A stretch of DNA of 63,719 nt from a virus. Taxonomy: Duplodnaviria; Caudoviricetes. Below the pieces are notes generated by a model. That model was not told the origin of the DNA. It did no database searches and saw only the letters and a list, made by a program, of their open reading frames with translations. The DNA lies in IMG/VR virus record IMGVR_UViG_3300027969_000100, positions 1 through 63,719 of that record; one strand, given 5' to 3'. Position numbers and translations under genes: made by a program. Positions within the stretch are counted from its first letter, which is position 1; every line of letters starts with the position of its first letter. This document shows, in pieces, positions 31,435-41,508 of the stretch.

Positions 31435-31642
31435 GTTTCTGTAGTTCTTTGATTCTATATTCCTGTAGTTTACTTGGCTTTCCTGTCGCTCGCTTCACCT
31501 CGTAGAACTCAACGTCAGAGTCCTTAGGTATAGCTATAAGGTCAGGGATACCGTTCTTGTTGGTCTTAATCAACTTGATTACATAGTACCCCTGATCCTC
31601 CAGGTCCTTCATTAACTTAGTCTGTACCTGCTGCTCTGTCAT
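31394..31642 (-). CDS. VRR-NUC domain nuclease
   Basis: MTEQQVQ...NGIPDLIA...FYEVKRATGKPSKLQEYR. Confidence 0.85.
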   Translation of the reverse strand: MTEQQVQTKLMKDLEDQGYYVIKLIKTNKNGIPDLIAIPKDSDVEFYEVKRATGKPSKLQEYRIKELQKHGIKAELFYGREK

Positions 31643-32566
31643 TGACATACTTCATTGTCAAATTCTAATTCATATTCATAAAAATATGGACAGGCCCACC
31701 TAGGATTATCACACTTAAGCTTTACCATTGTTGATTTGTAAGATCCAACTTGTAATACTGTAGCCATCCCTGAACGCTTTGTTTTTACTCTATCTCCAAC
31801 TTTCAATTTATCAAATGGTGTCATTTCACTATCTCTTTAAGTTGACTCCAAATAGCTTCGCTTAAATCTCCCCAATACATTTCGCACTTGCCATCTTTGA
31901 TGGGTGGGTCAATGAAATAATATTGATAGTCATCAGGCTTAGCTGTGAATCGGTAGCAGCTTTCTTTGTAGGGACAATTTGTCCCCGGGCACATTGTTAT
32001 GTCAGGGCTCATAGGTTTTCTAGTTCTTGTTTAACTTCTTTCCAATAATAATTCATTGTCCCAAAATCATATTTATTAATATTTTTTATTGAATGTAATA
32101 CTTCATCTACTGCTATCAATGCACATTCTTTTCTAACTTCTCTAAATCCAAATTGAAATTTCTCATTTTTAAGATAGCGATTAACTAACTCTTCTGCTTT
32201 TTCTTTAGGTGTCATCTCCGTAGGTATCTTTGTAGTACTGTTCCCCTGATTTCCCATTGTCTGGATACCCATCTGAGTAGCCTTCTTCATAACTATCTTT
32301 AATCTGCTCCTTCTCCATTTCTTTGGCTTTATTGCATTCCTCTCGATAAGCCTTTGGTATTTCAGGATAATCTTCTGCAATTTTCTTAATCAACCAATCT
32401 ACTGCTGTCTGTTTCATAGCTTATCAATTAAATTGTTTAAGTTCTCATCTGATGGGAAGTTATCCTTGTCAGTACTCCAATACTCTAGGTACCTGTCCCT
32501 GTGTACAGCGTACCACCTCTGTGTGTATTCATTCCAATGAAATACGTAGTTCCAAATCTTTTCCAT
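31639..32566 (-). CDS. Cluster of five small hypothetical phage ORFs (31639-31824, 31821-32012, 32009-32215, 32205-32417, 32414-32566)
   Basis: Overlapping co-oriented ORFs (e.g. MSPDITMC..., MTPKEKAEEL..., MKQTAVDWL...). Confidence 0.6.
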
Positions 32567-32603
32567 ATTGTTTTTATTTGTGGCATATATGCCATAATTA
32601 AAA

Positions 32604-32709
32604 TAGTCAGGGCAGGTTATAATCCTGCACGCACATCTAAGGGTATCTCAATGTGCCATCACTTTTGACAAGCAGCTCCGATGTGTGTCTCTATTCCACC
32701 ACCTGACTA
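32604..32709 (-). ncRNA. tRNA-like element with expanded anticodon arm and degenerate T loop
   Basis: Minus strand: TAGTCAGG/CCTGACTA acceptor stem, TGGTGGAATAGAGACAC D arm, CACATC/GATGTG stem around a ~40-nt insert, GCAGG-ATTATAA-CCTGC T arm. Confidence 0.55.
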
Positions 32710-34074
32710 TGTATTCTTAAAGTGATTAACTGTGTAGTCCTTCTTCTTTATCACAGCCTTGTACACGTCATGCTCAATGCCTCCCTTACTGAAGACCCAG
32801 TACACATGGTTGAACGAACGATCTTTTGTTGTCATCCTATCCCTGCTCTGCCAGTAGCTCGTAGCACTGAAGTCAATGTTGTAGTACACCAAGTACTTGG
32901 CATGCCTAAGACTGATCCCCTCCCTGCCACTAACTATCTGGAGTGCAATGCTCTTGTCCGTGCTCTCAAATATACTAAGATCAGTTGTTAGTTCATCATT
33001 AAACACTGACTGTAAGGCAGATAACTCTTCCTTAAATTTATAGAAGATGCCTATCTTACTTCCTTGAAATTTTTGTTTAATGAACTCAGCCTTGCTGGTG
33101 TCCAGCACCATGCTGTTGCCACTCTCAAACTTAATCGTCCCACTGCATAGCTGGTGTACCTTCATCATCAACTTCACTGCCGTGTCAGCCAGTATCACCT
33201 CAGTCTTACCCTCAATCACCAAGTCTTTCTTTAGTCTCTTGATAAGCTGCATGGTAGACTCCTTCATCTCCACCTCTAAGATCTCCTCAGTAACTGATGA
33301 CACGAACCCTGCCTCCTTCTGTGAGAAGTTTATCATGTGTGGCTTCATCTTCTCAATGATGCTGTCCAACCCATCGCTGTAGTCATTGATGAATAGACCG
33401 TTGATGTTCTTCTGCTTTACCTTGACATACTTGTCGCAAAATTTGTAGAAGTTTACGAACTCTCGGAAGGGATTGTTAGGTATCGCATACACCTGATGGT
33501 ACATCTGTGAGTAACTCTCAGGTGTTGGTGTACCAGACATGAGTATCACCTTAGGCTTATACTTAGAGATGGCGTGTCGCATCATTACAGCCCGATTGCT
33601 GGGCTTTGGGAACGCACCTATACTATGTGCCTCATCAATGACTATTAGGTCAAATTTGAAGCTATCTACCACGTTGTGGAGGCTCTCATAGTTGATCACC
33701 TTTATATGGTAGCTAGGCTTAAGCAAATCGTAGTCCTTCTCGATGCTGCCGATGGCCTTCTTCTTGGTCACGAACAGCACTGACTTAGCTCCGCACTGAC
33801 TTGCTATGCCTAGGCTAGTCAAGGTCTTGCCTGTACGAACCTCCATAGCTAGGTACACGAAGCCATGTGTCTCAATGGCTCGTGCTCCCTGCGATATTAT
33901 ATCCCTCTGGTATGGTCTAAACTGCATGCTATATGTCCCGTAATAAGATAGACTGTTCTTTATTTTAGTTACTACATCTGGATCAACGAACTTACTCTTT
34001 GATACTACATCGTAAAGTGTACCGCAGTATCGTAGCATCTGCTCATCCGAGTACCCAGGTACCCTATCAATCAT
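32707..34074 (-). CDS. SNF2-like superfamily 2 helicase
   Basis: MEVRTGKT, INYESL, IDEAH, SGTP, GREGISL, QSRDR motifs. Confidence 0.85.
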   Translation of the reverse strand: MIDRVPGYSDEQMLRYCGTLYDVVSKSKFVDPDVVTKIKNSLSYYGTYSMQFRPYQRDIISQGARAIETHGFVYLAMEVRTGKTLTSLGIASQCGAKSVLFVTKKKAIGSIEKDYDLLKPSYHIKVINYESLHNVVDSFKFDLIVIDEAHSIGAFPKPSNRAVMMRHAISKYKPKVILMSGTPTPESYSQMYHQVYAIPNNPFREFVNFYKFCDKYVKVKQKNINGLFINDYSDGLDSIIEKMKPHMINFSQKEAGFVSSVTEEILEVEMKESTMQLIKRLKKDLVIEGKTEVILADTAVKLMMKVHQLCSGTIKFESGNSMVLDTSKAEFIKQKFQGSKIGIFYKFKEELSALQSVFNDELTTDLSIFESTDKSIALQIVSGREGISLRHAKYLVYYNIDFSATSYWQSRDRMTTKDRSFNHVYWVFSKGGIEHDVYKAVIKKKDYTVNHFKNT

Positions 34075-36457
34075 TCGAATGAATTATTATCCACCTGCCC
34101 ATCATGTCACGCCCCTCCTCAGGTGCAACGCCATACTTGAATAGGCCATATGCAACCAACCACTTGTAGAACTTGGTCCTGCTGATGGTCATCTTAGACT
34201 TTGGTCCGTAGTCAGGGTACTCGTTCACGAAGTCATTGTACAAATCGTTCTTGTATAGCCTCACCTCTACCTCAAGCGTGTTGTTCTTAGGCTGACCCTC
34301 CACCAGACCACACCACTCGATGAAGTCATGAGAGGTCTCAGCAGATAGCTGTCTAATCTTTAGGTTCACAAAATTACTCTTCACTATCCCTGTATGCAGG
34401 TAGTTGGATAGGCAACCAATCATGTAGTTGTCAAACTCACACCAGTCATCATCGTTCCAGTCCCCGAACATCAGCTTACCAAACTCATCCAAGGGAGTGA
34501 ATGACTTGGAGTAGTACTGGTGTAGCTCCAGCTCAGACTTACGTCTAGCAAAGCTGTTGCCCGATCCCTTGATGGCATAGTTAGTAGTGATGGCAATCTT
34601 TGGTGACTTACTGAATGGTATCTTAATTGCATCCTTGTTCTTCTTCTCTAGCGTGAGACCCTCGGTCACCACGCTAAACAAACGCTCAAATTCAAAGTAC
34701 TTCTTCACATCATCGAACACTAGGATTTGTGTATCAGCAGACACAAGTTGGTAGGCGAAGCTACGCTCGAATGTGAATGACTTGCCATCAATCGTTACCA
34801 CCTTCTTCATCTTTGCTAGTGCGTTCATGAACAGACCCTTGCCTGTGCCACCCTCAGGGTTGTCGCTAATCACCTCATCGTTAAGGATTACTGCCGGACA
34901 GAAGCTTAGGTTCTTGTAGCCATGCATCAGGAACCCTATGTTACTCTCCATCGCCTGTACCCTACCATCATCACCCCCACAGATGTTTCGTATGAACTTC
35001 TTGTAGCTGCATGCATCTGTCACATCGCACATGATGAAGTTGCGGTCAATCACGTGATCGTTCCACACGTATCCACCCAAGTCAAGGTAGTCAATAGCCT
35101 TCACCCCAGTCTTGCTAACCTGCACAGCACAGTTCTTGTAGTACAGGTAAGAGGTGTCCTTGGTATCCTCAATGAATAAGATGTCTATGGTTGATAGCAT
35201 GGACAGGAACTCCTCCTTGAAGAACCTAGTGTTGTCAGCGAAGTAGTTGTATACCCCAATGTCATCCAGCTCTTGCAGATGGGTCAGCACGTAGTCCTTC
35301 ATCTCCTTCTCAGAGGTGTGGTCAATCAGGTTATCGGTGACCTTGACAAACACGTAATTCTTACCACCCTCAGGGCAGAACTTATAGAACCCGTGATCCT
35401 CAAGGAACTGCTTGAATAGAATGTGTACTATTCGAATGACTCCCTTCTCGCTCTTTTCCCAGAATGTTTTCTTTGCGTTCTCCTCCTCCACCTTGGTCAA
35501 GACTGCTTCAATAGTATCCGTATCCAGTTGAGAGTCCTGTAGCTGAATACGTATTTCTTTTTTTGATACACCCCTTCTTAGCTTGGCCTTGATGGAGTTT
35601 ACCTGCTCCTCATCCTCGTAGTACTTGGTGCCAAAGTTGGCCGTGTGCCGATAGGCTGAGTCAATTGCCGCACCTATCTCACTTACAGGGAAGTCCTCAG
35701 TAGCGTACTGGCTCAGCATACGTGATGCAAGACTCTTGTTTATTCCGAAGTCATTGAACGCCATCGCTAGGATGTACACGTTATGGTTACGCTGTCCCTC
35801 AACCATTGGGTACTTCTTCATCCACCACTTCACCAAGATGTCAACCACCTTGTTCTCATCAGTGATGGGTATGGTTAGCTTGTCCTTGATCTTACTCACC
35901 TCCGTGTACTCAAGATCCTCTATGGTGTTCCAGACAGATGAATTCTCGTTCACATAAATCAATGCATCATATGACTCGTAGCATACACGTGATATGTTCT
36001 TACTAGTCTTGTCAAAGTAGGGGCTATTGAAGTGCTTCTCTAGGCTGTTGAAGTAGTTGATGTGGTTGTCTTGGTCTGCTGGTATCTTTACCAGTACCTT
36101 TAGGCCATTGCCAGAGGGAGAGATGAATACGGAGTACACATACTTGTTCTTGGACAGCCTCTCCTTGTCATCGGTTAAGTCCTTAGTCTTTTGGTAGCCA
36201 TCAAAGTCTAGGCAAATCAAACCTGAGTGCTGAATAAGAGATGCATCTGTTCTCTTGTTGAATATACCGCTGAAGCATATGGCAGGCAGTAACTTCTTCA
36301 AGTCATTCCTCTCCTGCTTATTCTTCTCTGCTCTGATTCTTTTTACCAGATCTTTTGATGACCCCGATCTAATTCTTTCAAGGATTAAACCCACATTCCT
36401 GTGGAATGGAGTATCCGTGTCCTTGATGCTTGAGAATATCGTTACTTGATATGTCAT
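34067..36457 (-). CDS. Primase-helicase (VirE-N/BT4734-like primase domain plus SF3-like helicase)
   Basis: LPAICFSG, HSGLICLDFD, FISPSGNGLK, EGQRN, Walker A GGTGKG, FDDV, ITTN. Confidence 0.85.
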   Translation of the reverse strand: MTYQVTIFSSIKDTDTPFHRNVGLILERIRSGSSKDLVKRIRAEKNKQERNDLKKLLPAICFSGIFNKRTDASLIQHSGLICLDFDGYQKTKDLTDDKERLSKNKYVYSVFISPSGNGLKVLVKIPADQDNHINYFNSLEKHFNSPYFDKTSKNISRVCYESYDALIYVNENSSVWNTIEDLEYTEVSKIKDKLTIPITDENKVVDILVKWWMKKYPMVEGQRNHNVYILAMAFNDFGINKSLASRMLSQYATEDFPVSEIGAAIDSAYRHTANFGTKYYEDEEQVNSIKAKLRRGVSKKEIRIQLQDSQLDTDTIEAVLTKVEEENAKKTFWEKSEKGVIRIVHILFKQFLEDHGFYKFCPEGGKNYVFVKVTDNLIDHTSEKEMKDYVLTHLQELDDIGVYNYFADNTRFFKEEFLSMLSTIDILFIEDTKDTSYLYYKNCAVQVSKTGVKAIDYLDLGGYVWNDHVIDRNFIMCDVTDACSYKKFIRNICGGDDGRVQAMESNIGFLMHGYKNLSFCPAVILNDEVISDNPEGGTGKGLFMNALAKMKKVVTIDGKSFTFERSFAYQLVSADTQILVFDDVKKYFEFERLFSVVTEGLTLEKKNKDAIKIPFSKSPKIAITTNYAIKGSGNSFARRKSELELHQYYSKSFTPLDEFGKLMFGDWNDDDWCEFDNYMIGCLSNYLHTGIVKSNFVNLKIRQLSAETSHDFIEWCGLVEGQPKNNTLEVEVRLYKNDLYNDFVNEYPDYGPKSKMTISRTKFYKWLVAYGLFKYGVAPEEGRDMMGRWIIIHSND

Positions 36458-36490
36458 AAATGTATAATGAATGTCGTTTATTTGTCAGGT

Positions 36491-36595
36491 TAACTTACTG
36501 ATACTTAGATGTATGTCGATTATGTTAATTTAAACCCCGTTTACTAGTCAAAGAAACAATAAGTAAACAAGTAGTATATATATATATATAGGGAA
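36491..36595. repeat. Origin-like element, copy 1 (copy 2 at 46477-46582)
   Basis: TAACTwACTGATA, identical 18-mer TGTCGATTATGTTAATTT and (TA)n-GGGAA at conserved spacing. Confidence 0.8.
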
Positions 36596-36619
36596 AAATA
36601 AAAACGACATAGTCTGGAG

Positions 36620-36648
36620 AAAAAAAAGAGGGGGACTTTTACCCCCTC
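36620..36648 (-). terminator. Intrinsic terminator (minus strand)
   Basis: GAGGGGG/CCCCCTC stem next to an A8 run. Confidence 0.75.
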
Positions 36649-36656
36649 CCTTCTTA

Positions 36657-36923
36657 TCAGAAAGGCATCTGGTTGGTTGGCTCATCTACCTTATTGTCAT
36701 CACCTGGGTTGTAGATGTTCACTACTAGGTGGTGGGAAGGTTTGTTTGGAACCTGATCCTTATTCTTTACGATATTTAGGTTGACCCACTCAAGGTTTTT
36801 TTCATTGAGGTAGGCTAAAAGATTTTGCAAGTCCCTCTTGCTTTGGCTTACTGTTGTAAGCGGTCCGTACTTAGTCTGAATAACTCTAGAACTTCCTCCG
36901 TAAATTTTGTCTTTCTTTTCCAT
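36657..36923 (-). CDS. Putative single-stranded DNA-binding protein
   Basis: Acidic C-terminal tail ending in PF; located in the recombination/replication cluster. Confidence 0.45.
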   Translation of the reverse strand: MEKKDKIYGGSSRVIQTKYGPLTTVSQSKRDLQNLLAYLNEKNLEWVNLNIVKNKDQVPNKPSHHLVVNIYNPGDDNKVDEPTNQMPF

Positions 36924-37114
36924 TTGATTGTTTCGTTTATACTCGTTTGAAATTTTGTAATAATGATGTTACAAATTGTCCATTTCTTTCTAGAATAATT
37001 ATCGCATAAGTAAATGTGTGATCAGTAAAGAAACTCACAACTTGTCCTCTATCTGTAGACATCCATGCATCACCGGGACGGGCATGTATAAATTCAATTG
37101 GTATTTCCATTTGA

Positions 37115-37846
37115 TTAAAGTGTTTCGTTTATAAAGTAATTGTCAATGTCATCTGTTGGATTCGGTCCGAAGTACCTGTAGTACACCTCCATCGCTCGCT
37201 CTACCTTGGCCTCGCCACCGCTTACGAACTCTTCGGATGGTCTGAACAGACCAAGCTGCTCAGATTCCTTGTCAATAACGTAAAAGTATAGCGGTTTTCC
37301 AAATAATTTCTGGTAAATGTAGCACTGAGAGTCGTAGTTGTAGCTTTTTGCAGACCATCTGAACTTGTTTATGTCTGATGTGGTCTTCAAATCTATAATC
37401 GAATCGGCAGTTACGATGTCAGCCTTCGCCTTCCATTGCAGTCCCTTGATATCACCAATGATTGGCTCCTCGTATAGGTTGCCCTCCCTGTAGATGTCAT
37501 TGTAGAACTGGAAGTTTGACTTCATCACACCAGCAAGTCGCACAATTTCCTCGTACTCCTTGGTCAACATGGCGAACCCAAGGTTGTTGTCAGCACAGAA
37601 GGTCTTGTACTCCTTTGTATTCCGTGTACTAACGTCCACCTGTGGCACGATTACAGCCTTCTCAGGCTCAAGAATTAGCTGATGGAATAGTCTACCCTCA
37701 TGGAAGTGTTTAGAATCTCCAGATGGCACTCTAAATAGCTTAGGATTGGTAAGCAATGCATAGATGTCTGAGTTGGATAGGTAGTACTTACCCTTCCCAT
37801 TGTAATACTCATCATCATTCCTTAGTTCTTCAATAATTTGATTCAT
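37115..37846 (-). CDS. PD-(D/E)XK exonuclease, RecE/ExoVIII-like (DUF3799-like)
   Basis: YLSNSDI, GRLFHQLILEP, KAKADIV...IDLKTT, YNYDSQCYIYQ. Confidence 0.8.
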   Translation of the reverse strand: MNQIIEELRNDDEYYNGKGKYYLSNSDIYALLTNPKLFRVPSGDSKHFHEGRLFHQLILEPEKAVIVPQVDVSTRNTKEYKTFCADNNLGFAMLTKEYEEIVRLAGVMKSNFQFYNDIYREGNLYEEPIIGDIKGLQWKAKADIVTADSIIDLKTTSDINKFRWSAKSYNYDSQCYIYQKLFGKPLYFYVIDKESEQLGLFRPSEEFVSGGEAKVERAMEVYYRYFGPNPTDDIDNYFINETL

Positions 37847-38627
37847 ATTGTTCGATTGATTTAAATATTTGATACACTACCTGGGGTACTATGGCATTTC
37901 CTCCTGCCATTATTGATTCTTTTCTCCATTTAGGAAAGGTAATAGAGTCCAGTCTACCGGAAAGCCCATCATCTCCATGACAAAGTGAGGGGACAGATGG
38001 CTGCATTTTGAAGTCTGTTCTATGTAGTTTATTGCGTCCTTTAAATTGTTGTTCATTGGATTGTGTCCTTTTCTTGGAGCATTGCCTCTCCTTCCTGCCT
38101 TCATGTCCATAGCGCAAGGAGTAGGAAGCATTAAATGCAATAAACCAAATTCTCTGCCTGACATGGGAAGCATTAACGCTTGCAGCTGGAAGTAAAAACG
38201 GTGTGACTTCGTAGCCTTCAGCTTCCAAATCAGATTGCACTTCGTCGAATACCAACCCTCCATTCCAATTAACAAGCCCACGAACATTCTCGCCCACGAT
38301 GTAGGTCGGCTGAATTTCTCGAATTGCTCGACACATTTCTGGCCAGAGGTGGCGGTCATCATCCTTGCCGAGTCGCTTTCCTGCTGATGAGTAGGGCTGA
38401 CATGGGAATCCCCCTGTGATGATGTCAATTTCTCCTCTGTAAATAGAGAAGTCTGTCTTGGTGATGTCATTGTGTGATATTGAATTAGGCCAATAATATT
38501 TTAAGACTCTCTGTCCGAATGGATTCCATTCGCAATGGAACACGTTATCCCATCCCATCCAATCGGAGGCCAAATCAAAGCCCCCGATTCCACTGAATAA
38601 TGATCCGTGCCTAAGCATTAAACTCAT
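37830..38627 (-). CDS. C5 DNA cytosine methyltransferase, alpha frame
   Basis: SLFSGIGG, GGFPCQ, GENV, HVRQRIW and C-terminal GNAIVPQV; motif IX is absent from this frame. Confidence 0.9.
   Translation of the reverse strand: MSLMLRHGSLFSGIGGFDLASDWMGWDNVFHCEWNPFGQRVLKYYWPNSISHNDITKTDFSIYRGEIDIITGGFPCQPYSSAGKRLGKDDDRHLWPEMCRAIREIQPTYIVGENVRGLVNWNGGLVFDEVQSDLEAEGYEVTPFLLPAASVNASHVRQRIWFIAFNASYSLRYGHEGRKERQCSKKRTQSNEQQFKGRNKLHRTDFKMQPSVPSLCHGDDGLSGRLDSITFPKWRKESIMAGGNAIVPQVVYQIFKSIEQYESNY
37910..38470 (-). CDS. Nested alternative-frame ORF carrying MTase motif IX (putative beta subunit)
   Basis: 186-aa same-strand ORF with LPTP...LSPHFVMEMMGFPVDWT. Confidence 0.7.
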   Translation of the reverse strand: MTSPRQTSLFTEEKLTSSQGDSHVSPTHQQESDSARMMTATSGQKCVEQFEKFSRPTSWARMFVGLLIGMEGWYSTKCNLIWKLKATKSHRFYFQLQALMLPMSGREFGLLHLMLPTPCAMDMKAGRRGNAPRKGHNPMNNNLKDAINYIEQTSKCSHLSPHFVMEMMGFPVDWTLLPFLNGEKNQ

Positions 38628-39231
38628 CAGCTATTTCTTTCTTCAGTGTTACAGATATGTCATACTGGGTGGTCAACTGCTTGCCAATGAATGCAAGACC
38701 CTTACTCTTGTTGTCCTTTACATACTTTAGAACCTTAATCCAATCATCGCTTCCTTTCACTAATGTAACCAGTGCCTTAGGCAAGCTCTGCTCCACTGCC
38801 TTTGGCTCACTCTCTGGTAAATCCTCACCGGCATAGATGTAAATCCCCAATCCAAACATCGCTAGGTTCTTAACCAAGCAACGCATCAAGGTCTTGTTGA
38901 TGTCAAACGTAGTCGCTGCATCCACCTGCTTGTCTCCGTACTTGGTAGCATAGGAGTACGCCTTCTTCTTCATGCTCTTGTTCTTCCCATCCATGACAGG
39001 CAACCACATCTCTAGGGTCTGACCCTCGATAGTCACCTCGCTATGGCACATGAATCCAAGGTCATCATCGTACTCCGTAGGTAGGATCTTATACGATGCA
39101 TCTGGGCACTCCTTCTTAGTCACAGACCATGCCCAGGCCCAGGATAGGTAGGTTAGGTTGTCCTTCTTCTCAACATGTTCGTTCACATTGATGGCTGATA
39201 GCCTGTCGAATACTGATTTTTCTGATTTCAT
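38611..39231 (-). CDS. Sak3/DUF1071-like ssDNA annealing recombinase
   Basis: INVNEHVEKKDNLTYLSWAWAW...MWLPVMD...INKTLMRCLVKNLAMFGLGIYIYAGEDLP. Confidence 0.85.
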   Translation of the reverse strand: MKSEKSVFDRLSAINVNEHVEKKDNLTYLSWAWAWSVTKKECPDASYKILPTEYDDDLGFMCHSEVTIEGQTLEMWLPVMDGKNKSMKKKAYSYATKYGDKQVDAATTFDINKTLMRCLVKNLAMFGLGIYIYAGEDLPESEPKAVEQSLPKALVTLVKGSDDWIKVLKYVKDNKSKGLAFIGKQLTTQYDISVTLKKEIADEFNA

Positions 39232-39518
39232 TTCTCTAGATTTTTAATTAGTTGTTTGTAGTCTGTGTCTGCCTGTACTTTACTCTCGATTGATTTGATC
39301 CCGTGGATAATGGATGAGTGACCTATCACGTACCCATTCATGTCCATGTACCTCTGGATGTAGCTGACAGGTATCTTACGATTGGAACACAGGTAGTAGA
39401 GCATGTGTCTTGCATCTACCACCTCCATCTTTTTATTCTTTGAGAATATCCAGTCCCTAGGGATGGAGTAACGCTTGATGATGTTGTCTAAATAGTTATT
39501 AAAGATTTCAACTTTCAT
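39228..39518 (-). CDS. Stand-alone DnaA domain IV-like protein
   Basis: IFSKNKKMEVVDARHMLYYLC...HSSIIHGIKSIE resembles the DnaA C-terminal signature. Confidence 0.7.
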   Translation of the reverse strand: MKVEIFNNYLDNIIKRYSIPRDWIFSKNKKMEVVDARHMLYYLCSNRKIPVSYIQRYMDMNGYVIGHSSIIHGIKSIESKVQADTDYKQLIKNLEK

Positions 39519-39674
39519 AATTGTGTACGATTAAAATGTATACTAGGAACAACACTAAGGATGCCCCCGTACTGATTGCATCGATTAGGATTCCCCTTCG
39601 ATCATTTTTGTATAGTAGCTTGTTGACTACCGCACTGGCTAGTATAACTGCCAACCCGACTATAAGATTAACCA

Positions 39675-40902
39675 TCATAGCTTATTAAAAATAGTTTCTG
39701 CTATAGCTTCCAGTAGTTCTCCTGTAGGTGCAATGTCAATAGTCTTGCCCTGTTCCTCATCCCATGTGCATAGCTGATGAGTACCTAAAATATTTACAAC
39801 TGTCTCGCTGTCACCAACATAGTCCCAGTTTGATTCCTCTCCATGACTAGCTACCTCGTAGCTACCCACCCAGAAGTAGTCCTTGTCATCAATGCTGAAC
39901 TCAATCTCCTCATTGATAAACACCTCGCTTTCATTCATAGTAGATTTGATTTAAATTTGATACAATATAAGACAATAAATAAACAATGTCAATCTTTCTT
40001 AGCAGAAACTTTGCTTCTGTTCAACCAGTAATGCTCGTTGCAGATCCTATCAATAGCCTCCCACTTCGTGGTGCATACCAACCTTGCATACAGGTTGCCA
40101 TAGTAGTACACATTAAACACTTGCTTCGCTTCCATACTTCACCTCCCTAGGGCATGGATAAGTTTTAAATAAGTTCTCAATCGCCTTGATAAACTCTTCC
40201 TTGCTCTTCTCATCCAGATAAAGCAGTCTGTCATTCATTGCATGTACTAGTTCGTACATCTGTAGTCTTCCTTCCAATGTCATTTTAGTTTTTCGTTTAT
40301 AAATTCAATAATAGTGTCAACCCAGTCCCCATCCCATTCCCTACTCTCGTAGGTGTTACAGAACTCGTTGGTCAAGTCAATACCTAGGTCGTATAGTCCG
40401 CAAATACCTTCGGCATCGATGATGTCAAGCAGTCTTATCGGCATGGTGTCGTTAGTAATGAGTGCATGAATTGTGCATACAACTTCATGGTGGGTCTCTG
40501 CCCACTCCCTGAAGCCATGCTTTAGTATGCCTTTTGACTTATTGTATGCTAACTGATTGAGGACACTTGATACAAGTAATACTTCTTGCTTACTTACATT
40601 GTCTGCATTGTACATGGCATCCATTACCGCTTGGTAGGTGTGGTCAAGATCCAAGTACTTAGGTATATTTACTTCGATTTTCATAGTTGAATTGTTAAGG
40701 TGTCACTTAAATTTGATAAGACAATCTTACTAGGATATGCATCCTCCAATGCATGGATGTAGTCCTCGATAAAGTACTTCATCTCATCATGTTGATTCGC
40801 CATAGGCTCTGTCACCTTTCTGATTTGTTCCTCTTTTAGGTTGGTGTATAGTGTACACTGGTCACCATCCCATGTTCCTACTTTTAATTTGAATACATTC
40901 AT
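39675..40902 (-). CDS. Cluster of small hypothetical early ORFs (39675-39938, 40280-40684, 40681-40902 and shorter ones)
   Basis: Co-oriented, overlapping short acidic ORFs. Confidence 0.55.
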
Positions 40903-41507
40903 ATTGCGTGTGTGTTTAAAATTTCAAAACATAAATCGTGTGGAATCTTACTCCTCTCGTATGCATTCTTTAACCCCTGTGTACCGGTAACGCTACCTCT
41001 AGGTGCTGATACATGGCATGTGTTCCCATTGCTACACATCTTTCTTGTAATCCATACATTACTATTAGTCCAGATATCTGTAGGCTTCATCCTACTATCA
41101 CCATACTGGCAGTAGGTGACTGTCTTCCTATCAAACTCCTCCATGATAGGCATCTTTCTCAGCATCCCCCTTGGGTTCTCAATAAAGAAATACTTAGGAT
41201 CAAAGTGCTTGATGATTTCAATTGTCTTCTCTACTAACTGAATACCAAACCTAGCACCATCAGTCTTGGGAGTCTTATCATGATTCCAATTCCTACCAAT
41301 GGATGCAACAGAAAATGCTGTGCATGGTGGTGATGCCCAAATAATATCTGGCTTGAAAGGGACTTTGTTTACATCAAAGTCTAGTATGCTCACCGCATAG
41401 TCAATCCCATCAAAGGGGACTAGGTAGGAGGAGTACACCTCCATACCTAATGCCTCTGCTACCTTGCCAATAGACCTACTACCAGCGAATAATTCTAGTA
41501 CCTTCAT
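40899..41507 (-). CDS. Short C5 cytosine methyltransferase-like protein
   Basis: MKVLELFAGS, WASPPC, IENP, YCQYG...KPTDIW. Confidence 0.75.
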   Translation of the reverse strand: MKVLELFAGSRSIGKVAEALGMEVYSSYLVPFDGIDYAVSILDFDVNKVPFKPDIIWASPPCTAFSVASIGRNWNHDKTPKTDGARFGIQLVEKTIEIIKHFDPKYFFIENPRGMLRKMPIMEEFDRKTVTYCQYGDSRMKPTDIWTNSNVWITRKMCSNGNTCHVSAPRGSVTGTQGLKNAYERSKIPHDLCFEILNTHAI

Positions 41508-41508
41508 C

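Noticed and set aside
36514-36531. dif site (TTATGTTAATT resembles the XerD arm)
   Set aside because: No convincing XerC arm at 6-bp spacing in either copy.
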